The notes under the pieces were generated by a model, which was given only the letters and a program-made list of their open reading frames with translations, made no database searches and was not told where the DNA came from. A DNA stretch of 64,000 bases. Source: Terriglobia bacterium (GTDB lineage: Bacteria > Acidobacteriota > Terriglobia > 20CM-2-55-15). Shown here one piece after another: positions 18,951 to 27,728 of this stretch (the first letter of the stretch is position 1; each line of letters starts with the position of its first letter). A program made the translations under genes and the position numbers. The stretch spans positions 832,001-896,000 of the forward strand of contig CBDAOY010000008.1 in the NCBI GenBank assembly GCA_965198225.1. Reading direction: 5' to 3'.

Positions 18951-19052
18951 GCCTTCAGCTCTCAGCGCTCATCCCTCGCGGTCAGTCGTTAGCGAAACCT
19001 TCATCCGGGCGGAGATTGAAGAGGCTGACCGCGACAGCTGACAGCTAATCGC
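18951..19052. repeat. Inverted degenerate heptamer arrays (GCTGACA type)
   Basis: TCAGCTCTCAGC ... GCTGACCGCGACAGCTGACAGCT; same type at 45746-45832. Confidence 0.5.
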
Positions 19053-19096
19053 GTGAAGCAAACAGCTATAATAACCGTTTTTCGACGGGAGGCGCG

Positions 19097-19900
19097 ATGA
19101 CGGGAGCGAAGTTCGAGAGGCTGGTCGACATCATGGCACGACTGCGGGGCCCGGATGGCTGTCCCTGGGACAGGGAGCAGGATCTCGAATCGCTGAAGCC
19201 GATGCTGATCGAAGAGGTGTATGAAGTCATCGACGCGGTCGAGAGCCGGGATTACGAGGGGCTGGCCGAGGAGCTCGGAGACCTTCTGCTTCATGTGGTC
19301 TTTCACGCCCAGTTGGGTCGGGAAATGAACGAATTTGCGATCGACGACGTCATCGACGGTATCTGCGACAAGCTCATACGGCGCCACCCCCATGTGTTCG
19401 GCGATGAAAAGGCCGCAGACGCGGACGAGGTGGTCGAGAACTGGGAAGCGATCAAGGTACGGGAGAAGTCCGAGAAGCCGGCGAAAGACGGGCTGCAATC
19501 CGTGTTGCACGGCATTCCGGCCAAACTACCCGCGCTTCACGAGGCCCACAAGATATCTTCTCGGGTCGCCCGGGTCGGGTTCGACTGGCCGGAGATCGAC
19601 GGCGTGTTTGACAAACTGCACGAGGAAATCCAGGAGCTCCGGGAGGCCATCGCGCTACCTCCCGGCAACCAGGCCCGGGAAGCGCTCGAAGACGAGGTCG
19701 GCGACGCGCTCTTCGTCATGGTCAACATCGCGCGCTTTCTGAAGATAGACAGCGAGTCCGCCTTGAAACGCGCGAACCGGAAGTTCCGCGCGCGCTTCCA
19801 GTTCATAGAACGCCAGCTCGAAGAGGAAGGCAAGACCCTGGAGGAGTCCTCCCTCGCGGAAATGGAAGCCATCTGGCAGCGGGCCAAGGAGCTGCACTGA
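19097..19900 (+). CDS. mazG: Nucleoside triphosphate pyrophosphohydrolase MazG
   Basis: GCPWDREQ, EELGDLL, RRHPHVF and EDEVGD motifs. Confidence 0.95.
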   Translation: MTGAKFERLVDIMARLRGPDGCPWDREQDLESLKPMLIEEVYEVIDAVESRDYEGLAEELGDLLLHVVFHAQLGREMNEFAIDDVIDGICDKLIRRHPHVFGDEKAADADEVVENWEAIKVREKSEKPAKDGLQSVLHGIPAKLPALHEAHKISSRVARVGFDWPEIDGVFDKLHEEIQELREAIALPPGNQAREALEDEVGDALFVMVNIARFLKIDSESALKRANRKFRARFQFIERQLEEEGKTLEESSLAEMEAIWQRAKELH

Positions 19901-19903
19901 ATC

Positions 19904-20617
19904 ATGGAGATTCGGGAGCTGACAAGGAAGGAAGAGTTCGAGCGGTGCGTCGAGCTACAGCGCACCGAGTGGGGGTGGAAGGATCTCGATATCGTTCCGC
20001 TTCGATCTTTCGTCGTCGTTTCGAATGTCGGAGGAATCACGCTGGGCGCTTTCGACGGAGACCGCGTCGTCGGCTTCATCAACACCCTGCCGGGCGTTCA
20101 GAAGGGGCGACCGTACTGGTATTCCCGTATGCTGGGCATTGAACATGCATATCGGGGGCGCGGGGTCGGAACGGCGCTGAAGAGGTCCCAGCGCGAGCAC
20201 GCGCTCGAGAGAGGAATCCATCTGATCGAATGGACCTTCGATCCGCTGGAGTCGAAGAACGCCCATCTGAATCTGGAAAAGCTAGGTGTGGTTGTCCGCC
20301 GCTACTACGTTGACCACTATGGCTTCACGACCTCCCATCTCCAGAGGACGATGGAGAGCGACCGCCTGATGGCGGAGTGGTGGCTCGATCGACCCCGCGG
20401 CGGAGTGGCAGGGGGGACCCACCGCGTTCGGATCCCCGCCGACATCCAGGCGGTCAAGGACCGGGACCTGGACGAGGCCATCCGAATACAGCGCCGTGTG
20501 CGGGAGGAGTTCCGGAAATATTTTGATGCCGGCTACATCGTCGTCGGTTTTGAGCGACTGTCGGACGGGAGCGAATACATCTTAAGGCCGATCGCGGGAA
20601 CAGATTTCGAGAATTGA
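19904..20617 (+). CDS. GNAT acyltransferase (probable D-amino acid N-succinyltransferase)
   Basis: RGRGVGTALK, WTFDPLESKNAHLN and SDRLMAEW motifs; adjacent to OSBS/NAAAR. Confidence 0.8.
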   Translation: MEIRELTRKEEFERCVELQRTEWGWKDLDIVPLRSFVVVSNVGGITLGAFDGDRVVGFINTLPGVQKGRPYWYSRMLGIEHAYRGRGVGTALKRSQREHALERGIHLIEWTFDPLESKNAHLNLEKLGVVVRRYYVDHYGFTTSHLQRTMESDRLMAEWWLDRPRGGVAGGTHRVRIPADIQAVKDRDLDEAIRIQRRVREEFRKYFDAGYIVVGFERLSDGSEYILRPIAGTDFEN

Positions 20618-20622
20618 GGCGC

Positions 20623-21732
20623 ATGCACATCGAAAAAGTGGAAGTTCGGGAAGTTCGGATGCAGCTGCTCCATCCGTTTGAGACCAGTTTCGGCGTTACC
20701 CAGGAGAGGCGGATCCTGATCGTCAAGGCGTTCGACGGCGAACATGTCGGCTACGGCGAAGTCACCGCGGCCGAGGGACCTTTCTACAGCCACGAGACGT
20801 CGGAGACCGCCTGGCACGTGCTGTCGGATTTCATCATTCCATGGACAGTCGGCCGGCATCTGGATCGGGCGGCGGACTTGACGTCCATCGTTCAGCCGAT
20901 CCGGGGGCACAACATGGCCAAGGCTGCGATGGAAGATGCGCTCTGGGATCTGGAAGCTCGCCAGAAGCAGACGCCCCTCTGGAAATTGTTGGGCGGCGTT
21001 CGGGAACGAATCGAGTGCGGCGTTTCCATCGGAATCCAGCCGTCGATCGACAAACTGCTGGAAAAGATCACAACCGAAGTCGATGCGGGATACCGCCGCA
21101 TCAAGATCAAGATCAAGCCCGGTTGGGACCTGGACGTCATCCGACAGGTGCGCGAGTCGTTTCCCAACATTCGCCTCATGGGTGACGCGAACTCCGCCTA
21201 CACGCTGGCCGACGTCGATCTGTTCAAGAAGATGGACGAATACGACATCATGATGTTCGAGCAGCCCTTGCACTGGGAAGACATCATCGACCACGCCGAA
21301 CTCCAGAAGCAGATCCGGACGCCGATATGTCTCGACGAGTCCATCCACAACGTCCAAGACGCCCGCAAGGCGACCGGTATCGACGCCTGCCGGATCATCA
21401 ACATCAAGCTTGGGCGCGTCGGTGGTCACAGCAGCGTCCGAGCGATTCACGACCTCTGCCGGGATCGCGACGTTCCGGTCTGGTGCGGGGGCATGCTCGA
21501 ATCCGGCATCGGTCGCGCCCACAACATTGCTTTGTCGAGCCTCGAGAACTTCACGCTGCCGGGCGACGTATCCGCGAGCAAGCGCTATTGGGCGGAGGAC
21601 CTGATCGAACCCCGAGTCGAGGTCAGCGCCGACGGCGAGATCCAGCAGCGCTCGGAACCGGGCATCGGGTTCGCGCCGAGGGAAGACTTTATCGAAAACA
21701 TCACCGAACGCTGCCAAACGTTCACTCCATGA
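20623..21732 (+). CDS. menC: o-succinylbenzoate synthase / N-acylamino acid racemase (enolase superfamily)
   Basis: PFETSFG, KIKIKPG, DANSAY, EQPL, CLDES, WCGGMLESGIGRAHN and PGDVSASKRY motifs. Confidence 0.9.
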   Translation: MHIEKVEVREVRMQLLHPFETSFGVTQERRILIVKAFDGEHVGYGEVTAAEGPFYSHETSETAWHVLSDFIIPWTVGRHLDRAADLTSIVQPIRGHNMAKAAMEDALWDLEARQKQTPLWKLLGGVRERIECGVSIGIQPSIDKLLEKITTEVDAGYRRIKIKIKPGWDLDVIRQVRESFPNIRLMGDANSAYTLADVDLFKKMDEYDIMMFEQPLHWEDIIDHAELQKQIRTPICLDESIHNVQDARKATGIDACRIINIKLGRVGGHSSVRAIHDLCRDRDVPVWCGGMLESGIGRAHNIALSSLENFTLPGDVSASKRYWAEDLIEPRVEVSADGEIQQRSEPGIGFAPREDFIENITERCQTFTP

Positions 21733-23048
21733 AGGTTTTTCAAGGCGACTGGATCTGTCCTGTGACAGACGAGCCGATTCGTGACGGAGTCGTCGTCGTA
21801 GAGGGAGGGAAAATCCTGGAGGTCGGAGAGAGCGCTCCTGCAGGGGCGCCGGTAGAATCCTTCCCGGGCTGTGCGCTGATTCCCGGTTTCGTCAACGCCC
21901 ACATTCACCTCGAACTGACCATCCTGCGCGGCCTCCTGGAGGACCTTCCCTTCCAGACCTGGGTCCGGCGGCTGACTCGCGCCAAGTACGAACACCTTTC
22001 CCGGGAGGAGTTGCTCGTGTCGGCCAGACTGGGCGCACTCGAATGCCTGGCTGCCGGGGTGACAGCCGTCGGGGAGGTCATGGACATCGGGACCGGCTGG
22101 GAGGCGATGGTCGAGACGGGGTTGCGCGGCGTCGCTTTTCAGGAAGTCTTCGGGCCACAGGAGGACGTCGCGACTGAGGCGCTTCGAGGTTTGGCAGAGA
22201 AGGTAAGGGTGTTCCGGAAAGACGAGACCGCGACCCGTCGTGTCGGCGTCTCTCCCCACGCCCCGTTTACAGTGTCGGCCCCGCTGTTTGAAAGCGTTCG
22301 AGACCTGTCCGCAGACCAGCACCTGCCCCTGACTGTTCACGTCGCGGAGTCGCGCGAGGAGACCCAGTTTGTTCGCGACGGTTCGGGACCGTTCGCCGAG
22401 TATTGGAACTCGCGCGGGATTTCGGTCGTTCGGCGGGAGGCATCTCCGATCCAGTATCTAGATGATCTCGGCGTTTTCTCCCCGCGCACGCTCGCAATCC
22501 ATGCCATCGAAGCGGACGCCGCCGACGTCCGAACGCTCGAAAGCCGGGGCGCGGCCGTCGCGCATTGTCCCAAGTCGAACCAGAAGCTAGGCCATGGTGT
22601 TGCGCCTGTGTGGGAGTTCGTCGAGGCAGGCGTCCCCGTTGGTCTTGGAACCGACAGCGTGGCAAGCAACAACGTGATCGACATGTTCGAAGAGATGCGG
22701 GCGGCGATCTTCCTGCAGCGAACGAGAAAGAACGATCCCGCGGCCATCGGGGCACAACACGCCCTGCGAATGGCGACGCTCGATGCCGCCTCATGCCTCG
22801 GACTAGAAGAACAGCTCGGGAGTCTGAGTGAAGGGAAGCAGGCCGACATTGTCGTCGTCGACCTGAACGAGCCCGCACTGAGACCCGTCTACGATCCGGT
22901 CGAAAGCATGGTCTATTCGGCGAGCCGGAAGAACGTCACCGCGACGTTTCTCGGCGGCGAACGAGTGGAGATGGATCCGACCGACACCATTGCCCAAGCG
23001 CAAGCCATCGCAGATCGCTTGAAGGACCTGGACCTCGAAGCGGAATGA
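21729..23048 (+). CDS. Amidohydrolase (MtaD/Atz-Trz-like deaminase family)
   Basis: PGFVNAHIH, SPHAPF, HVAES, HCPKSN and GTDS motifs; ATGA overlap with menC. Confidence 0.85.
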   Translation: MKVFQGDWICPVTDEPIRDGVVVVEGGKILEVGESAPAGAPVESFPGCALIPGFVNAHIHLELTILRGLLEDLPFQTWVRRLTRAKYEHLSREELLVSARLGALECLAAGVTAVGEVMDIGTGWEAMVETGLRGVAFQEVFGPQEDVATEALRGLAEKVRVFRKDETATRRVGVSPHAPFTVSAPLFESVRDLSADQHLPLTVHVAESREETQFVRDGSGPFAEYWNSRGISVVRREASPIQYLDDLGVFSPRTLAIHAIEADAADVRTLESRGAAVAHCPKSNQKLGHGVAPVWEFVEAGVPVGLGTDSVASNNVIDMFEEMRAAIFLQRTRKNDPAAIGAQHALRMATLDAASCLGLEEQLGSLSEGKQADIVVVDLNEPALRPVYDPVESMVYSASRKNVTATFLGGERVEMDPTDTIAQAQAIADRLKDLDLEAE

Positions 23049-23148
23049 GCCGCGAGAGAGCCACTGTGAGGGGGACAGGGGCCTGGCCCTGTCCCCGGGC
23101 GTATGGGCACCCTTCATGCCCGGGAGCGCGCATGAATCTTCAACAAAA

Positions 23149-23224
23149 GTGTGCGGTCACAGACCGCACCTACACCTGCCTGCCAGATCTTTCGCTGGAG
23201 TGCAGGTGCGCTCTATGAGCGCAC
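23149..23224. repeat. Inverted pair of GTAG-type REPs (family B)
   Basis: GTGTGCGGTCACAGACCGCACCTACAC ... GTGCAGGTGCGCTCTATGAGCGCAC. Confidence 0.8.
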
Positions 23225-23258
23225 AAGTGTCCTCCCTCGCGGCGCATTTCGCTTGCCG

Positions 23259-23852
23259 CTACACTTCGCTTAGTAGATGGCCGAGCTTGTTTTTTTTGGT
23301 TCGGAGATAGGTTTCGGATGTATCCGACGGGGGGATCTCAATGGGCATGCGTTCGATCTGACGGATTCCTGCCTCTTCGAGGGCTGCGATCTTTCTCGGG
23401 TTGTTCGACATAAGCCGAATCTGGTCGAGCTTGAAGTGCTTCAGGACCGCGCCGCAGAGAGCGTAGCTACGATGGTCGGCCTCGAATCCGAGTTGGTGAT
23501 TTGCTTCCACCGTATCGTGTCCGGAATCCTGGAGCTCGTAGGCCAGTAGCTTGTTCATCAGTCCGATCCCCCGTCCCTCGGCGAGTTGATAGACGAGGAT
23601 GCCGTGGCCTTCCTCCGAGATCCTTCGGAGCGCAACGTCCAGTTGCTCCCCGCAGTCGCATCGGGACGATGCGAAGATCTCGCCCGTCACACACTGCGAA
23701 TGCACACGGACCAGTGGCATCGACTGACTTGCGGGCTCGCCCATGACCAGTGCGTACACGGCCTCGTCACCGGATTCGGTCTCGAAGCCAAAGATCCTGT
23801 AGGCTCCGAATCTCGTGGGAAGACTGGCTTCTGCGACTTTGCGAGCGTTCAT
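23259..23852 (-). CDS. ribA: GTP cyclohydrolase II
   Basis: LVRVHSQCVTG, SRCDCGEQL, EGRGIGL and NNPRK motifs. Confidence 0.95.
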   Translation of the reverse strand: MNARKVAEASLPTRFGAYRIFGFETESGDEAVYALVMGEPASQSMPLVRVHSQCVTGEIFASSRCDCGEQLDVALRRISEEGHGILVYQLAEGRGIGLMNKLLAYELQDSGHDTVEANHQLGFEADHRSYALCGAVLKHFKLDQIRLMSNNPRKIAALEEAGIRQIERMPIEIPPSDTSETYLRTKKNKLGHLLSEV

Positions 23853-23878
23853 AAGAGTGCGATTATAGTACGCGGAAC

Positions 23879-24463
23879 CTACATCCCCTGCCGGTCGAGG
23901 ACGATGTCGTCGGGACTGCCGTGAACCCCGTCGGGACCGGGGGAGCGCAACACATAGGCGCGGTCGCCACGTCGTTCGTACCGAATCTCACGACCCCACG
24001 CGTCCTGGCGTATCAAGTCCTCCATGAAGAGCGGATGGAGGACGTCGGCCAGGGTCGACTCCGTTCCAAGCAGGGGCAGGGAACCGTTCTGAGCCTGGTA
24101 CTCGGTGACACCTGCAGCGAGTTTTCCCAATGCGGCGGAGGTGTTGTCGGAGTACTGACGTTCGACGGCCTCCAGGAGAAGGTCGACGTCGATCCACTGG
24201 CGATCACCGAGTCTGGCAGAAACGATACGCCATTTTCCGCCGGCATCCTTCTCAAACTGGAATGCCATCTTCACGCTCGTCTCTGCGACCGCCCTGCCCC
24301 CGGTTTCGATCATGATTCGTTCGATTTCGATCTCGGACGGCACTAGCGTCGATCCTCCGAGGCTCGCGATCTGTTGTCGCGCAGCCCTCGTCGAAAGAGT
24401 ACCGGCGCAGCCTGTGAGGACGATTAGAGCCGCCAAAAATGGGGTCCGGAAGGCGTATCTCAT
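23879..24463 (-). CDS. Lipoprotein with a C-terminal GspG-like (T2SSG) domain
   Basis: Lipobox LTGC; DAWGREIRY...LRSPGPDGVHGSPDDI. Confidence 0.65.
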   Translation of the reverse strand: MRYAFRTPFLAALIVLTGCAGTLSTRAARQQIASLGGSTLVPSEIEIERIMIETGGRAVAETSVKMAFQFEKDAGGKWRIVSARLGDRQWIDVDLLLEAVERQYSDNTSAALGKLAAGVTEYQAQNGSLPLLGTESTLADVLHPLFMEDLIRQDAWGREIRYERRGDRAYVLRSPGPDGVHGSPDDIVLDRQGM

Positions 24464-24525
24464 GAACCGATCGAGTCTATCACGTTGTGATATCATCCAG
24501 ATCAATTTGCAGTTCGAGGGTCGCG

Positions 24526-25221
24526 ATGAACGTGAACGTGGTCTTCTTCGCCTCGCTGGTCGACATCGTCGGAAGCCGCCAACTCAACATCGACATCGGC
24601 GACGGTGCGAGGGTCGCCGATGTTCTGGACCAGCTGGAGTCCAGCTATCCGCGGATCAAGGCATATCGTTCTGTGCTGCTGACCGCGTTGAACGAGGATT
24701 ACGTGGAGTCGTCCCGGACCCTTGTCGAAGGGGATGAGCTCGCCGTGTTCCCGCCGGTCAGCGGGGGTCAGGTGCAGGCGAAGGACCTGACGATCAGCCT
24801 GCCGAACCATTTCTACCAGATAACGCGTGAGACGATCGACTCTCAGAAGATCGCCCGCGAGTTGCTGACAGGCGACGATGGCGCCATCTGCGTGTTCGAA
24901 GGCGTGGTTCGGAACAACTCCAAAGGTAAGGCGACCCGTTACCTTATCTACGAAGCATACGAGGGCATGGCGCTCAAGAAGCTCCGGGAAATCGGCGAAT
25001 CGGTCCGCCAGGTCTGGGAGATCGACTCCATCGCCATCGTTCATCGCCTGGGCCGGATGGAGATCGGCGAAACCTCGGTCGCCGTCATCGTGACGGCCGC
25101 TCACCGTCGGCCTGCCTTTGATTCCTGTCACTATGCCATCGACCGGTTGAAAAAGATCGTTCCCATCTGGAAGAAGGAATACTTCGAAGACGGTGAAGTC
25201 TGGGTCGAGGGTCAGTCATAA
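24526..25221 (+). CDS. moaDE: Fused molybdopterin synthase MoaD-MoaE
   Basis: FFASL...PPVSGG, then GAICVFEGVVR, HRLG and VPIWKKE. Confidence 0.9.
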   Translation: MNVNVVFFASLVDIVGSRQLNIDIGDGARVADVLDQLESSYPRIKAYRSVLLTALNEDYVESSRTLVEGDELAVFPPVSGGQVQAKDLTISLPNHFYQITRETIDSQKIARELLTGDDGAICVFEGVVRNNSKGKATRYLIYEAYEGMALKKLREIGESVRQVWEIDSIAIVHRLGRMEIGETSVAVIVTAAHRRPAFDSCHYAIDRLKKIVPIWKKEYFEDGEVWVEGQS

Positions 25222-25222
25222 G

Positions 25223-26113
25223 ATGAACAAGATTGCTCTCGTCGTGCACGGCGGGGCCTGGGAGATTCCCGATGCGATGGTCGAGGATTGTCGGACGGGT
25301 ATTCGGGATGCGCTTGTTGCTGGATGGGCGCTACTGCAGCAGGGCGGGGCTGCCGCGGACGCATGCGAACAAGCTGTCGTGGCGCTGGAAGACTCTCCCG
25401 TGTTCGATGCAGGTGTCGGTTCACACCTGAACCGTGACGGCCGCATCCAGCTCGATGCCGTCCTGATGGATGGCTCCACGTTGGAGGCGGGCGCGGTGGC
25501 GGCCGTCGAACGTGTGAAGAACCCCATTCGTCTCGCTCGGCGGATACTGGAAGACAGCCCACACATCCTGTTGGTCGGCGCAGGGGCGGAGCAGTTCTCG
25601 CTCGAGAAGGGACTCGATCTGTGTGACCCGGAAGACCTGCTTGTCGAACGGGAACAGACACGCTGGTCCGATTGGAAGGGGAGCGCGATGCCCGCGGCCG
25701 GCGCCGACAAGGGAACGGTTGGCGCGGTGGCCATCGACATGTTCGGCAGCCTGGCGGCCGGAACCTCGACGGGCGGTCCTTTCGGCAAGTATCCCGGGAG
25801 GGTCGGCGATTCTCCGATTATCGGCTGCGGTTGCTACGCAGACAACGCCAGCGGAGCCGTATCGGCGACGGGGGAGGGCGAAGCGATCATGAAGCTCGTC
25901 CTTTCGAAGACGGCCTCAGACCTGCTCGCCTTGGGCCAGGAGGCCCAGAGCGCGGCGGAAACAGCCTTGAGCCTGATGATGCAACGTACCTCCGGCAGGG
26001 GCGGCCTGATCCTCCTGGACCGCCTCGGCCACGTCGGCGCCGCTCACACCACCTCCCGTATGGCCGCGGCCTACCGCACGACCGACTCCGACGACCTGAC
26101 CCTCCTGATCTGA
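25223..26113 (+). CDS. iaaA: Isoaspartyl peptidase/L-asparaginase (Ntn hydrolase)
   Basis: VHGGA, GTVGAVA, TSTGG and GRVGDSP motifs. Confidence 0.9.
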   Translation: MNKIALVVHGGAWEIPDAMVEDCRTGIRDALVAGWALLQQGGAAADACEQAVVALEDSPVFDAGVGSHLNRDGRIQLDAVLMDGSTLEAGAVAAVERVKNPIRLARRILEDSPHILLVGAGAEQFSLEKGLDLCDPEDLLVEREQTRWSDWKGSAMPAAGADKGTVGAVAIDMFGSLAAGTSTGGPFGKYPGRVGDSPIIGCGCYADNASGAVSATGEGEAIMKLVLSKTASDLLALGQEAQSAAETALSLMMQRTSGRGGLILLDRLGHVGAAHTTSRMAAAYRTTDSDDLTLLI

Positions 26114-26122
26114 GTGATCGGA

Positions 26123-26217
26123 ATTAACCACGGAGGCGCGGAGGCACGGAGAGGCACAGGTCTTGATCTTCTGAACATAGGGCCGCCCGCATCCGGCTCC
26201 GTGCCTCCGTGGTTAAT
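26123..26217. repeat. Inverted 9-mer-type array (CACGGAGGC)
   Basis: ATTAACCACGGAGGCGCGGAG (26123-26143) versus CTCCGTGCCTCCGTGGTTAAT (26197-26217); 20/21 inverted match. Confidence 0.7.
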
Positions 26218-26228
26218 AATCCCCGTTT

Positions 26229-27728
26229 CTAGTCCGATGGTAGGTCGGGGGTCCAGCGGAGAACGGGTTTGCGGGCGGCGGAGGCTTCGTCGATTCGGCC
26301 GATGCGGGTGCTGTGGGGAGCGTTCTTGACCAGGTCCGGATCTTTCTCAGCCTCGCGGGCGATTGCCAGCATCGCATCGATGAACGCGTCGAGTTCCTGT
26401 TTGCTTTCGGTTTCGGTCGGCTCGATCATGATCGCGCCGGGGACGATCAAGGGGAAGGACACGGTTGGTGGGAATCCATAGTCCATGAGACGTTTTCCGA
26501 TGTCTCCGACATGCACACCCTGCCGGGCCTGGATCCGGTCTGAGAATACGACCTCGTGAAGCGAAGCGCCGTCGTACGGCAATGCGTATGCGTTCTTGAG
26601 CTTTTCACGGATGTAGTTTGCGTTGAGGACCGCGACTTCCGAAACCTCCCTCAATCCCTCCGGGCCGTTCGCCCGGATGTAACACAGGGCGCGGACATGC
26701 ATGCCGAACTGACCGAAGAAAGCTTTCACCTTGCCCACCGATTGAGGCCGGTCGTGGTCGATGTAGTAGGACCCGTCGTCAGCTCGGCCGATGGTCGGGC
26801 ATGGTAGGAAGGGTTCCAGGGAAGATCTGACGGCGACGGGCCCGCTTCCCGGCCCACCTCCGCCGTGCGGCGTCGTGAAGGTCTTGTGCAGGTTGATGTG
26901 CAGGACGTCGACGCCGAAGTCTCCGGGCCGGCTGATACCCATCATCGCGTTGAGGTTCGCACCGTCCATGTAGACCAGTGCCCCGTGGGAGTGCATCAAT
27001 TCGGTGATGTCTGCAATCGCGCTCTCGAAGATTCCCAGCGTGTTCGGGTTCGTGACCATGATTCCGGCTACCTGGTCGTCCACGATCTCCCGCAGGTGAG
27101 CCAGATCCACCATGCCGGAGGGATTGGACGGGACGTTCTCGACTTCATATCCCGAGATCGTCACACTGGCGGGGTTTGTCCCATGTGCGGAGTCCGGGAC
27201 GAGAATCTTCCGACGGGGGTTGCCCTGCGCTTCGTGATAGGCGCGAATCATGAGCAGGCCCGTCAGCTCCCCCTGCGCGCCGGCAGCCGGCTGGAGGCTC
27301 ACGGCATCCATGCCTGAAATCTCCGCCAGGCACCGTTCGAGCGACTTCTGCACCGCGAGAGCCCCCTGGACCGTGTCCGCCGGCATGTAGGGGTGGGCCT
27401 CGGCGAAACCGGTGAGCCGGGCGACACGCTCGTTGATTCTCGGGTTGTACTTCATCGTGCAGGAGCCGAGGGGGTAGAGCCCGAGATCGATGTGATAGTT
27501 CCACGTCGACAGCCGAGTGAAGTGGCGGATGACATCCAGCTCGCTCAGCTCGGGCATGCCTTCGATGCCCTCTCGCCGGAGCTCGGAAGGCAGCAGGCTG
27601 TCGAGATCTTCCTCCGGGACATCCGACTCGGGTACGTCGAAGCCCCGGCGCCCTGACGATCCTTCTTCAAAGACGAGGCGCTCATCGAGGCTCAGGTGCG
27701 GTCGGGTCCGTTGCCGCCCCGCGCTCAT
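26229..27728 (-). CDS. gcvPB: Glycine dehydrogenase subunit 2
   Basis: LGSCTMKYNP, SAHGTNPAS and HINLHKTFTTPHGGGGPG motifs. Confidence 0.95.
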   Translation of the reverse strand: MSAGRQRTRPHLSLDERLVFEEGSSGRRGFDVPESDVPEEDLDSLLPSELRREGIEGMPELSELDVIRHFTRLSTWNYHIDLGLYPLGSCTMKYNPRINERVARLTGFAEAHPYMPADTVQGALAVQKSLERCLAEISGMDAVSLQPAAGAQGELTGLLMIRAYHEAQGNPRRKILVPDSAHGTNPASVTISGYEVENVPSNPSGMVDLAHLREIVDDQVAGIMVTNPNTLGIFESAIADITELMHSHGALVYMDGANLNAMMGISRPGDFGVDVLHINLHKTFTTPHGGGGPGSGPVAVRSSLEPFLPCPTIGRADDGSYYIDHDRPQSVGKVKAFFGQFGMHVRALCYIRANGPEGLREVSEVAVLNANYIREKLKNAYALPYDGASLHEVVFSDRIQARQGVHVGDIGKRLMDYGFPPTVSFPLIVPGAIMIEPTETESKQELDAFIDAMLAIAREAEKDPDLVKNAPHSTRIGRIDEASAARKPVLRWTPDLPSD

